Source: Candidatus Versatilivorator sp.
GTDB taxonomy: Bacteria; Acidobacteriota; Terriglobia; Versatilivoradales; Versatilivoraceae
NCBI GenBank assembly: GCA_965207735.1
Contig: OZ242296.1
Span: 3,456,001 to 3,520,000, forward strand
DNA length: 64,000 nucleotides
Reading direction: 5' to 3'
The notes beneath the pieces are model-generated. The model had not been told where the DNA came from. It worked only from the letters and a program-made list of their open reading frames with translations, and ran no database searches. Made by a program: the position numbers and the translations under genes. Of this stretch, positions 1-7,649 are shown piece by piece. The number at the start of each line of letters is the position of its first letter. Position 1 is the first letter of the stretch.

Positions 1-2
1 GC

Positions 3-227
3 CGGCGGATCATCTTTGCCTCCAACCTGGGCGACCCCAGCGGCCGCAACTTCGATCTCTACCTGATCGACATCGACGGAACCAATCTGGAACAGGTCAC
101 CTTCGACGAGACTTTCGACGGATTCCCGATGTTCTCCCCGGACGGGAAGCAACTGGTCTTCGCCTCCAACCGCCACGGAAAAGTTCGCGGCGAGACCAAC
201 GTCTTCATCGCCGACTGGGTGGAGTAG
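3..227 (+). CDS. C-terminal part of a TolB-like/PD40 beta-propeller protein (5' end outside window)
   Basis: Manual translation RRIIFASNLGDPSGRNFDLYLIDIDG...FDGFPMFSPDGKQLVFASNR...VFIADWVE*; PD40 motif FSPDGKQLVFASNR; stop TAG at 225-227. Confidence 0.85.
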   Translation, partial: RRIIFASNLGDPSGRNFDLYLIDIDGTNLEQVTFDETFDGFPMFSPDGKQLVFASNRHGKVRGETNVFIADWVE

Positions 228-247
228 GCCCGACCGTTAAACGACCC

Positions 248-859
248 TTGGCTCCTTCTCCGCAAGCCGATTTCCTTCCCCGATCTTTCTTCGACCGCCC
301 CACCCAAACGGTCGCCCGTGAGCTGCTGGGTTGCCGTCTCGTTCGAAAGCTGGGCGGGACCCTGCTGGCGGCAACCATCGTCGAAACCGAAGCCTACATC
401 GGCGAGAAAGATCTGGCCTGCCACGCCAAAGCGGGCCGAACCCCGCGAACCGAGATCATGTACGGCCCCCCGGGATTCGCTTACGTCTACTTCACCTACG
501 GAATGCACTGGATGCTGAATCTGGTCACTGAGGCGGCCGGCTTCCCGGCGGCCGTGCTCATTCGAGCCCTCGAGCCGCTAGAGGGGATTGCACGCATGCA
601 GGAGCTCCGAGGCGGCAAGCCCCTGTCCCAACTGGCCAGTGGTCCGGCCAAGCTGACCCAGGCCCTGGGGATCGCCCGGGGAGAAAACGGGCTGGACTGC
701 TGCCGTCCCGACTCACCGCTCACCCTGGCCCGAGGGGAAGAGGTGCCGCCCTCCTCTGTAGTGGCGACGCCCCGCATCGGCCTGGGGCAGACACCCGAGC
801 CCTGGTTGTCCAAGCCTTGGCGATTTACCATCCGGGGGAATGGGTTTGTCTCGAGGTGA
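248..859 (+). CDS. mpg: DNA-3-methyladenine glycosylase (MPG/AAG family)
   Basis: Motifs VARELLG, IVETEAY, YVYFTYGMHW, AVLIRALEP, GPAKLTQALGI, TPRIG. Confidence 0.92.
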   Translation: MAPSPQADFLPRSFFDRPTQTVARELLGCRLVRKLGGTLLAATIVETEAYIGEKDLACHAKAGRTPRTEIMYGPPGFAYVYFTYGMHWMLNLVTEAAGFPAAVLIRALEPLEGIARMQELRGGKPLSQLASGPAKLTQALGIARGENGLDCCRPDSPLTLARGEEVPPSSVVATPRIGLGQTPEPWLSKPWRFTIRGNGFVSR

Positions 860-960
860 GAAAAATGGGGAGTCACGGAAGCCGGGCCGCCAGGTGAAGG
901 CTGATACGGAAGCGGAGATGCCGGACCGGCGCCGAGGATCGATATTTTTTTCCACTATGA

Positions 961-1105
961 ACATCGATAGACAGGATGAACAGGACGAGAGGGGGCTGCA
1001 CGAGAAGCTGGCTTGGCAGATGATCCGGTGTGGGCCTACGTATGCCCAGGATTACAAGACACCAGACTCGTAAAACCAAATCCTGTATATCCTGTCTATC
1101 GATGT
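961..1105. repeat. MITE/REP-like element with 17-bp perfect terminal inverted repeats
   Basis: acatcgatagacaggat (961-977) is the reverse complement of atcctgtctatcgatgt (1089-1105). Confidence 0.7.
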
Positions 1106-1309
1106 GAACTTAAAACATCGTCCCGAGGGGCAGTGCTGTGGGTTCAACCGGAGCCATGGCTGAAACATGCCGGCTCCGGCGCTTCCAAACCGACCATTCG
1201 CAAGCCTGTCCTCTCACCGCCGATACAGGTTACAATGGGGCCGCCCAACCGCCGCCACCGCGGTTCGCGGCCACCGACCCATGCCGGTCGACACTCGCCG
1301 AGGAGTTCC

Positions 1310-2251
1310 ATGCGCATTGCCATCGTGATGACCCCTATTTCCGATCACCACCTCCGACTGGCCGGCCAGGTGGGGGTCTCCGACGTGGTCATTCGCTATC
1401 CGGGACTGGAATATTCCGAACTGGCCGACCAGAAAGCTCGAATCGAGTCCTTCGGACTGGGGGTCTCGGTCATCGAGGGCTACCTGCCCATTGAGGACAT
1501 CAAGCTCGGGGGACCCCAGCGCGATGCCGAGATCGAGCAGATGAAGATCCTGATCCGCAACATGGGGCGAGCCGGGATCGGCCTGCTTTGCTACAACTTC
1601 ATCGCCGGTGGCGACTGGGCCAGGACGTCGGTCAACGAAAAAGGGCGCGGAGGCGCCCTGGTCACCGGCTTTGACCTGAGCGAGCTGCCGCAGGCCACTG
1701 CCTCGAAGGCGGGCCTGCCCTCGGCCGAACGCCTCTGGGAGAACCTGGACACCTTTCTGGAAAGAATTCTGCCCGTGGCCGAGGAGTGCGGGGTCACGCT
1801 GGCCATGCATCCGGACGATCCCCCGATCTCCAACTTCCAGGGTTTTCCGCGCATCATGAACAGCGTGGAAGGCTTCGAACGACTGGTCGGCCTGAGTTCC
1901 AGTCCGGCCAACGGCATCTGCTTCTGCCAGGGGACCTTCGCCGAAATGGGAGTGGATATCCCCTCCTCCATCCGGCGCCTGGGACCTCACATCAAATACG
2001 TCCATTTCAGGGATATCCGGGGGACGAGCAGCCGCTTTGTGGAGACCTTTCACGACGAGGGGCAGACCGACATGGTGGAAGCCATGCGGGCCTACCGCGA
2101 CATCGGTTTCAACGGCCCCATGCGGCCGGACCACGTTCCGCAACTGTCGGGCGAAGAAGCGGGCGAGGCCGGCTACACCACGCTGGGCCGGCTTTTTGCC
2201 GTCGGGTACATGCGAGGGTTGATGCAGGCCGTCGGTGAGAGTTCGGCCTGA
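1310..2251 (+). CDS. uxuA: Mannonate dehydratase family protein
   Basis: AGGAG RBS before ATG 1310; motifs CYNF, LAMHPDDPP, NGICFCQG, YVHFRD, ETFHDEG, MRPDHVP, GRLFAVGY. Confidence 0.88.
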   Translation: MRIAIVMTPISDHHLRLAGQVGVSDVVIRYPGLEYSELADQKARIESFGLGVSVIEGYLPIEDIKLGGPQRDAEIEQMKILIRNMGRAGIGLLCYNFIAGGDWARTSVNEKGRGGALVTGFDLSELPQATASKAGLPSAERLWENLDTFLERILPVAEECGVTLAMHPDDPPISNFQGFPRIMNSVEGFERLVGLSSSPANGICFCQGTFAEMGVDIPSSIRRLGPHIKYVHFRDIRGTSSRFVETFHDEGQTDMVEAMRAYRDIGFNGPMRPDHVPQLSGEEAGEAGYTTLGRLFAVGYMRGLMQAVGESSA

Positions 2252-2338
2252 TCCGATACCGCTACAAACGGGAAGACTCGGCCGTCTCCGGTGCGGGTCG
2301 ACCCTGAGGGCAAGCCTTGTTGCGTTTGCATCCCCGCC

Positions 2339-2947
2339 ATGATTAAGGTGATCTGCCTGGATATGGGCAAAGTCATCATCGACTACGACCCGACCATTCC
2401 GCTGGCCTCGCTCGGCGCACGCTCCCAACTGTCATTGCCGGAGATCAAGCAAGTCCTGACGGATAGGGAACCCCTGTTGCTATTCGACCGTGGCCACTAT
2501 TCCCGATCCGACTTCTACCGAACCATGTGCGCCCGCCTGCGGCTGGATGTCTCCACCGAGGAGTTCGAACAGCTCTGGACATCCCTGTTCCTGCCCGAGC
2601 CGCTTCTGGCGGAGTCCTTTCTGCTCAGCCTGAAGCGCCGCTACCGGCTCCTGATGCTCTCCAACGTGAATGAAGTCCACTTCGAGTTCATTTGGAAAAA
2701 CTATCCCCTGGTGCGCCATATCGAGGATCGGCTGCTGTCCTATGAACTGGGCTGCCTGAAACCGGAGCCCTCCATCTATCGGATCGCCATCGATCGAGCC
2801 GGAGTCCTCCCCGAAGAAATCTTCTTTGCCGACGACCGGCCGGAAAACGTCGAGGCCGCCCGGCAGGCCGGAATTGTAGCCACCTGCTTCCAGTCCGAGC
2901 GGCAGCTCAAGCTCGCCCTGGGCCGGGCCGGGGTGGTTGTCGAATGA
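2339..2947 (+). CDS. HAD-superfamily phosphatase (YihX-like)
   Basis: MIKVICLDMGKV motif I, LSN motif II, KPEPSIY, FFADDRPENV. Confidence 0.85.
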   Translation: MIKVICLDMGKVIIDYDPTIPLASLGARSQLSLPEIKQVLTDREPLLLFDRGHYSRSDFYRTMCARLRLDVSTEEFEQLWTSLFLPEPLLAESFLLSLKRRYRLLMLSNVNEVHFEFIWKNYPLVRHIEDRLLSYELGCLKPEPSIYRIAIDRAGVLPEEIFFADDRPENVEAARQAGIVATCFQSERQLKLALGRAGVVVE

Positions 2948-2989
2948 AGGCGCCCGGTTGAGCACGCCGGGCCGCCACCACAGGTTGAC

Positions 2990-3739
2990 TTGCGATTCCT
3001 GATCCTGGCCGACATCCACGCCAACCTGGAGGCGCTCGAGGCGGTCCTGGAGCGGGCCAGGGGTCAATTCGACCAGGTGATTTGCTGCGGCGACCTGGTC
3101 GGCTACGGCCCCGATCCCAACCAGGTGACCGAGGCGGTGCGGCAACTGGGTCCGGCGGTGATGGTTCGTGGCAATCACGACAAGGCCGCGGTGGGACTCA
3201 CCGATCTCTCTTTGTTCAACCCCTTGGCCAGAAGCGCGGCGCTCTGGACCCAGACTCAATTGTCGGAAGAGAATCGGCGCTACTTGCTGGCGATGCCCCG
3301 CGGACCGGCGGAGGGGAGCGGATTCACGGTGGCTCACGGGTCATTGCTGGACGAGGATCAGTACCTGCTGAACCTGGAGGACGCGCTGCAGAGCCTGAGC
3401 CTGGCGGCCCACGGGCTGACCTTCTTCGGACACACCCATGTTCAGGGTGGCTTCGCCTGGTTCAAGGATCAGAGGGCCGGGCCGTTGAATCCCGATCTGA
3501 GGAAAGGGGCTGCAGAAAGCCGGCTGCTGCTCGATTCGGAGAACCGGTACTTGATCAACCCCGGGGCGGTGGGGCAGCCCAGGGACGATGACCCGCGGGC
3601 GGCCTTTGCGGTCTTTGATCAGGAGAAGGCGCTGCTTTCCTACTTCCGGGTGGAATACCCGCTCGGGCGGGTCCAGCAAAAGATGAGAAAGGTCGGGCTG
3701 CCAAGCTACCTGGCCGACCGGCTGGCCCAGGGATGGTAG
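2990..3739 (+). CDS. Metallophosphoesterase (calcineurin-like)
   Basis: DIHAN, GDLVGYG, RGNHD, HGS, FGHTH, INPGAVGQPRD motifs. Confidence 0.9.
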   Translation: MRFLILADIHANLEALEAVLERARGQFDQVICCGDLVGYGPDPNQVTEAVRQLGPAVMVRGNHDKAAVGLTDLSLFNPLARSAALWTQTQLSEENRRYLLAMPRGPAEGSGFTVAHGSLLDEDQYLLNLEDALQSLSLAAHGLTFFGHTHVQGGFAWFKDQRAGPLNPDLRKGAAESRLLLDSENRYLINPGAVGQPRDDDPRAAFAVFDQEKALLSYFRVEYPLGRVQQKMRKVGLPSYLADRLAQGW

Positions 3740-3762
3740 CCCGGCGTCGTTTGGCCGATCCC

Positions 3763-4200
3763 CTACCGCAGGCCGACCCCGCTGACCTGGACCTCGGGAA
3801 CCACGTAGTTCCAGTCCCGGGGCAGGTTTTCAAAGGCCACCTGAAACTCGGCAACCTGCTGCGGAGCGATCCCGCGCTCACCCCCGTACTCCAGGGCCGT
3901 ACGGGCTTCCTTCAAGACCACCTGGTCGAGGGAATCCTTGAAGAAGAAGGTCAACTCCACTTTCCGAATGGTACCCTCCCCGTCGTTGGTCAGCGATCCC
4001 TCCACGTAGAAGACCTCGTCCCCCAGGAAGTTCTCCCCCTTGGCCAACCCCAGACTGGAGAGAGTCACCCGGTCCCTGTAGGCCTCCTCCCGAGCCGCTG
4101 TCTCCGGGTCGGCGGGGGGGCGGCTCGCGTCCCCGCAGCTCGCCGCGGCCCACAAGAGTAGCAGGGCTAACACCGCTGGGAATCGACGTTTGGCAGACAT
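3763..4200 (-). CDS. Putative lipoprotein with Ig-like (DUF3426/FxLYD-like) domain
   Basis: Hydrophobic leader ending in lipobox-like AASC; VEGSLTNDG...VELTFFFKD...IAPQQVAEFQVAFE pattern. Confidence 0.6.
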   Translation of the reverse strand: MSAKRRFPAVLALLLLWAAASCGDASRPPADPETAAREEAYRDRVTLSSLGLAKGENFLGDEVFYVEGSLTNDGEGTIRKVELTFFFKDSLDQVVLKEARTALEYGGERGIAPQQVAEFQVAFENLPRDWNYVVPEVQVSGVGLR

Positions 4201-4335
4201 GGCCGGAAAGTAGCACAGCCGTTGGGGGGTGTCAAACCTAGCCTGAACCTAGCCTGAGGCTGCCCCAAAGGCGGGCGCACGACCAAAAGATCTGATAGAG
4301 TCGGGAAGAAGCCCCGTAAGAATCCGGCGCGAATC

Positions 4336-4603
4336 ATGGCTACAAAGCGACTGCCTGGATGGCCGGCCATGTTTGCAACGACAGCCTTGCTGCTGCTCGG
4401 TGGGGGACCGCTTCGTTCACAACAGCGCGATCCCGCGAATGCGCAGGGACTCGGTATCGGCAACCCCCTTGCTCTTTCGGGTGGGTCTGCTGGTAAGCCT
4501 GACTCCACGCCTGGTCTTGCGAGGCGGGTACTCGCACATTCTCGGTTACCTGGATACGCCCGCCTCCCGCTCTTTCGAAACGGGAATCGGATTTCGTTTC
4601 TAG
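4336..4603 (+). pseudogene. Probable decayed outer-membrane protein gene
   Basis: Signal-peptide-like N-terminus in one frame (MATKRLPGWPAMFATTALLLLGG); beta-strand C-terminus ending ...FETGIGFRF* in another frame. Confidence 0.35.
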
Positions 4604-4613
4604 CCTGAAAACG

Positions 4614-5393
4614 ATGAAGGCGACACTCACCGGATTGCGTGGCTTGATGCTGGACCTGGACGGCACTGTCTACGAGGACAACCGCCTGATCCCCGGAGCC
4701 GCCGAAGCCATCGCCGCCCTCAGGGAGCGCGGGTTCCGGCTTCGCTTTGTGACCAACACCACCAACAAGCGACGAGAAACCATCCGGGACAAGCTCCATG
4801 TCCTGGGCATCGAATCCGATGCCTCGGAGATATTCACGGCTCCGGTGGCAGCCAGCCTGATGCTGCGGCGTCATCCGGAGGCCCGCTGCTGGGTGGTCAC
4901 CCGGGGCGACTCCATCCAGGAGTTCCAGGGCCTGAGACTGGACGAGGACCAGCCCGATTTCGTAGTTCTGGGCGATCTGATGGAAGGGTTTACCTTTGAG
5001 CTGCTCAACCGCGTCTTTCGCAAGCTGATGGACGGCGCGGAGCTGATTGCCATGCAGAAGAACCGCTACTGGCTGACCCGGGGGGAACTCACTCTGGATA
5101 TGGGGCCGTTCGTTGCCGCCCTGGAGCACGCCACCGGACGCATGGCCCGGGTGGTGGGCAAGCCCTCGCGGGAATTCTTCCACCTGGCGCTTTCGCACCT
5201 CGGACTGGCCCTGTATCAAGCGGTCATGGTGGGGGACGACTGGGAATCCGACATCGCCGGCGCCCAGCGCGCGGGCCTGCGAACGATCCTGGTCCAAACC
5301 GGCAAGTATCAACCCGCAGACGAGAAAAATCTCGATCCGCAACCGGACGGCGTCATCGAAGGCCTCGGCCGCCTGCCGGAGATCCTGGCTTGA
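4614..5393 (+). CDS. HAD-IIA hydrolase (LHPP/HDHD2-like)
   Basis: LDLDGTVY, FVTNTT, GKPSREFF, MVGDDWESDIAGA, LVQTGKY. Confidence 0.9.
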   Translation: MKATLTGLRGLMLDLDGTVYEDNRLIPGAAEAIAALRERGFRLRFVTNTTNKRRETIRDKLHVLGIESDASEIFTAPVAASLMLRRHPEARCWVVTRGDSIQEFQGLRLDEDQPDFVVLGDLMEGFTFELLNRVFRKLMDGAELIAMQKNRYWLTRGELTLDMGPFVAALEHATGRMARVVGKPSREFFHLALSHLGLALYQAVMVGDDWESDIAGAQRAGLRTILVQTGKYQPADEKNLDPQPDGVIEGLGRLPEILA

Positions 5394-5649
5394 CATAGAC
5401 GACTTTAAGGCCGTTCCCCATGGGTCCGCTGGTCATGTCGCCAAGCCCAACCGGCGCAAGCTCATTATTCCTCCCACCACCAACACTGCCAATTCGCCGA
5501 ACGACGGCGACGCCTTCGGCAACTGGAAGGGTAAATGTGCACGATTGAGAGCATTTCCGGGACCACGCTTCGTGACCAACCGGGCAAAAGGAAACAAATC
5601 ATCCTGGACTGAAGGTGCCGATCATTCAGTGTGCTAATGGCGTGAAATA

Positions 5650-5664
5650 TTCGCTGTTAGCGAA
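5650..5664. promoter_or_regulatory. Palindromic operator candidate upstream of the retron promoter
   Basis: TTCGCT-gtt-AGCGAA, perfect 6-bp arms, 7 bp upstream of the -35 hexamer. Confidence 0.5.
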
Positions 5665-5671
5665 ATAAGTC

Positions 5672-5700
5672 TTGACTTCCAGCTCCGAAATGTTTATTTT
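5672..5700 (+). promoter_or_regulatory. Sigma70-type promoter of the retron locus
   Basis: TTGACT (5672-5677), 17-bp spacer, TATTTT (5695-5700), directly upstream of the structured RNA. Confidence 0.6.
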
Positions 5701-5729
5701 CAAGATGTTTGGAAAATACGGAAGTAAAA

Positions 5730-5948
5730 GTCATCACACCCTGGGTTGGCTTCGGTCAACCCGAGGAGGGGAAACCCTCTACCGCTTACTGCAGCAATCA
5801 CCCTCTCTCCTCAGTGGTGGTCGCTGAGCGAAGCGAGACCCAACCAATGACCCGTTGGGTCTCTGACACATTTGGATTTAGCTGCCACGTTCCGTCTTTC
5901 TGTTGGTGATGACCTCATTCCGCAATTCGGCGGGTGAGCAACAGAAAG
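5730..5948 (+). ncRNA. Retron msr-msd-like structured RNA
   Basis: a1/a2-like IR gtcatcac 5730-5737 / gtgatgac 5906-5913; hairpins 5743-5762 (C-UUCG-G loop), 5766-5779 (GAAA loop), 5810-5828, 5835-5863 (10-bp perfect stem), 5914-5938; stem 5896-5905/5939-5948; lies upstream of a retron RT. Confidence 0.8.
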
Positions 5949-5959
5949 GAGGTGAGAAA

Positions 5960-6127
5960 ATGCTCTCACTGGGAACCAAACCGTGGCGGCGGCGACCGAA
6001 GAGCGGGGGTAAGCAGTGTAGATGGCTACGTAATCCGCGCCTGCTTCGGACAGCTATCCTTATAGGCATCTGGGCCTATCGTCTATGGAGGATTTGCCGG
6101 GCGCTTAATGGTATTTTCGGAGGCTAG
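5960..6127 (+). CDS. 55-aa cationic, hydrophobic small protein; candidate retron effector (type VI small protein)
   Basis: Strong SD AAGGAGGTGA before ATG 5960; MLSLGTKPWRRRPKSGGKQCRWLRNPRLLRTAILIGIWAYRLWRICRALNGIFGG; lies between the ncRNA and the HTH gene. Confidence 0.7.
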   Translation: MLSLGTKPWRRRPKSGGKQCRWLRNPRLLRTAILIGIWAYRLWRICRALNGIFGG

Positions 6128-6168
6128 GTCGCTTTCCACTGTGTCAAATTACAACCGGATTGGTAAGG

Positions 6169-6504
6169 ATGGCTGTTGACGTACTATCAGAAGCACTTCG
6201 GCTGATTCGAGTGTTTCACGATGTAAAACAAAAACAATTGGCGGAACAATTGGGTATCTCGAAGTCGTATCTTTCAGAGATCGAACGAGGTAAGAAAATA
6301 CCCTCCATTGAGGTCATTCAGAAATACGCCGCTGAGTTTCAAATGCCAGTTTCGTCCATTCTTTTTTTCGCCGAGCAGTTGGTCGACCCAAACCGGAAAC
6401 CTCCAGATGCCGACCGTGTAAGAGGAATCATTGCCGGAAGGGTCATCAGTTTCCTGCAGTTCATCGAAGCAAAAGCGAAAGAACATGCCGAAGAAGCGCA
6501 CTAA
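6169..6504 (+). CDS. XRE/Cro-C1 helix-turn-helix protein, retron-associated
   Basis: LRLIRVFHDVKQKQLAEQLGISKSYLSEIERGKKIPS; overlaps the RT start by 20 nt. Confidence 0.9.
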   Translation: MAVDVLSEALRLIRVFHDVKQKQLAEQLGISKSYLSEIERGKKIPSIEVIQKYAAEFQMPVSSILFFAEQLVDPNRKPPDADRVRGIIAGRVISFLQFIEAKAKEHAEEAH

Positions 6505-7375
6505 ATGCTACGCGGAGCAGGATAGCCCCTTCTATAAGCTCCGCTCGAAGGCGAAACTTGCAAATCTTCTCTTTCTCAACGTCGATAAATTAGAGTTTCT
6601 TGCGGAATCCGAGGACCTATACTTCGATTTCCCCAAGAAGAAAATGAGTGGCGGTTTCCGCCCGATCAGTGCGCCGCGTGCCGATCTCAAGATTGTACAG
6701 AAGAGAATTGCAGACTTGCTTCAACGCATCACTCCGCCGGATTATCTGTTTGCGCCGGTTTGCGGGCGTTCTTATGTGGACAATGCCAAGCGGCACTTGG
6801 GAGCCAGCTCAGTTCGACACCTAGATATCGAGGATTTCTTCCCGAGTTGCACCGCAAATAAAGTCATATGGTTTTTTCGAAAGCGAATGGAATGCTCCCC
6901 GGACGTTGCAGTACTCCTTCGTGGCGTTGTCACAAGGCGTGGTTCGTTGCCACAGGGCAGCCCATGCAGTCCGATACTAGCGTATCTCTGCTATGTGGAT
7001 ATGTGGGAAGAAATTGAACGCCTAGTAGGCGAGAGTAGTTGCCAACTGAGTGTCTACGCCGACGACCTGACAATTTCAGGAGAAATGGTCCCGGAGAGTC
7101 TTATTTGGGAAATAAAACAAATACTGTTCCGACACGGTTTCCGACACAAACGCAGCAAGGAACGGAGCAAGATATACAAACCTACAAAGATAACCGGTGT
7201 AATCCTCAATGGAAACCAGCTTCTCGTGCCGAACCGGCAGCACCAGAGACTCTATCAAGTTCGTCAGAAGTTGAAGGTTTCCCGCTCGCCTGAGCACCGC
7301 AGGCAGCTTAAGGCACAACTGGTCGGGCGAGAATCACAGTTCCGCCAGATTGTCGGAACTCCGCAAAGTCAGTAG
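6485..7375 (+). CDS. Retron-type reverse transcriptase (296 aa)
   Basis: Region X NAKRH (NAxxH), LDIEDFFPS, LPQGSPCSP, catalytic YADD, region Y ITG (VTG-like); no maturase, endonuclease or RNase H extension. Confidence 0.93.
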   Translation: MPKKRTKCYAEQDSPFYKLRSKAKLANLLFLNVDKLEFLAESEDLYFDFPKKKMSGGFRPISAPRADLKIVQKRIADLLQRITPPDYLFAPVCGRSYVDNAKRHLGASSVRHLDIEDFFPSCTANKVIWFFRKRMECSPDVAVLLRGVVTRRGSLPQGSPCSPILAYLCYVDMWEEIERLVGESSCQLSVYADDLTISGEMVPESLIWEIKQILFRHGFRHKRSKERSKIYKPTKITGVILNGNQLLVPNRQHQRLYQVRQKLKVSRSPEHRRQLKAQLVGRESQFRQIVGTPQSQ

Positions 7376-7385
7376 ACCCACCACG

Positions 7386-7417
7386 GGACTCTTGCTCAAC
7401 TGGCAAGAGAAGAGTCC
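7386..7417 (+). terminator. Stem-loop just after the RT stop codon
   Basis: ggactctt 7386-7393 / aagagtcc 7410-7417, or alternatively ctcttgc/gcaagag; no U-tract. Confidence 0.3.
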
Positions 7418-7649
7418 ATAAATAGCAAGTACTCTCCAACCGTGGACTAATCGACAAGAAACGAGGATATTGGTGTCGCGACATGTTTGCGGCATTGGCC
7501 GCTCGAGGGACAATGCGTCCCACCGCCGGTCCGCGTTCCGTCCGGTTGAGCTCCCAGAAATCAGCTTCGCCAGGATATGCTATCCTTTCCACCAAAAACT
7601 TCCTGGCTAATGAAGTGCTGGCATCATCTCCGATGAGAGACTGTGCAAG

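Noticed and set aside
1013-1309. N-terminal extension of uxuA in the ORF track
   Set aside because: Runs through a repeat element; the RBS and family-like sequence start at 1310.
5394-5640. Possible gene remnant or attachment site at the left edge of the retron island
   Set aside because: No recognisable protein in the frames read, and no tRNA or direct repeat matching the right edge was found by eye.
5709-5909. 66-aa ORF upstream of the retron peptide
   Set aside because: TTG start without an SD, and it coincides with the hairpin-rich ncRNA; better explained as non-coding.
6431-7375. RT as a group II intron, DGR or CRISPR-associated enzyme
   Set aside because: Short protein with retron X/Y motifs; no maturase domain, no template/variable repeat pair, and no cas genes or array nearby.
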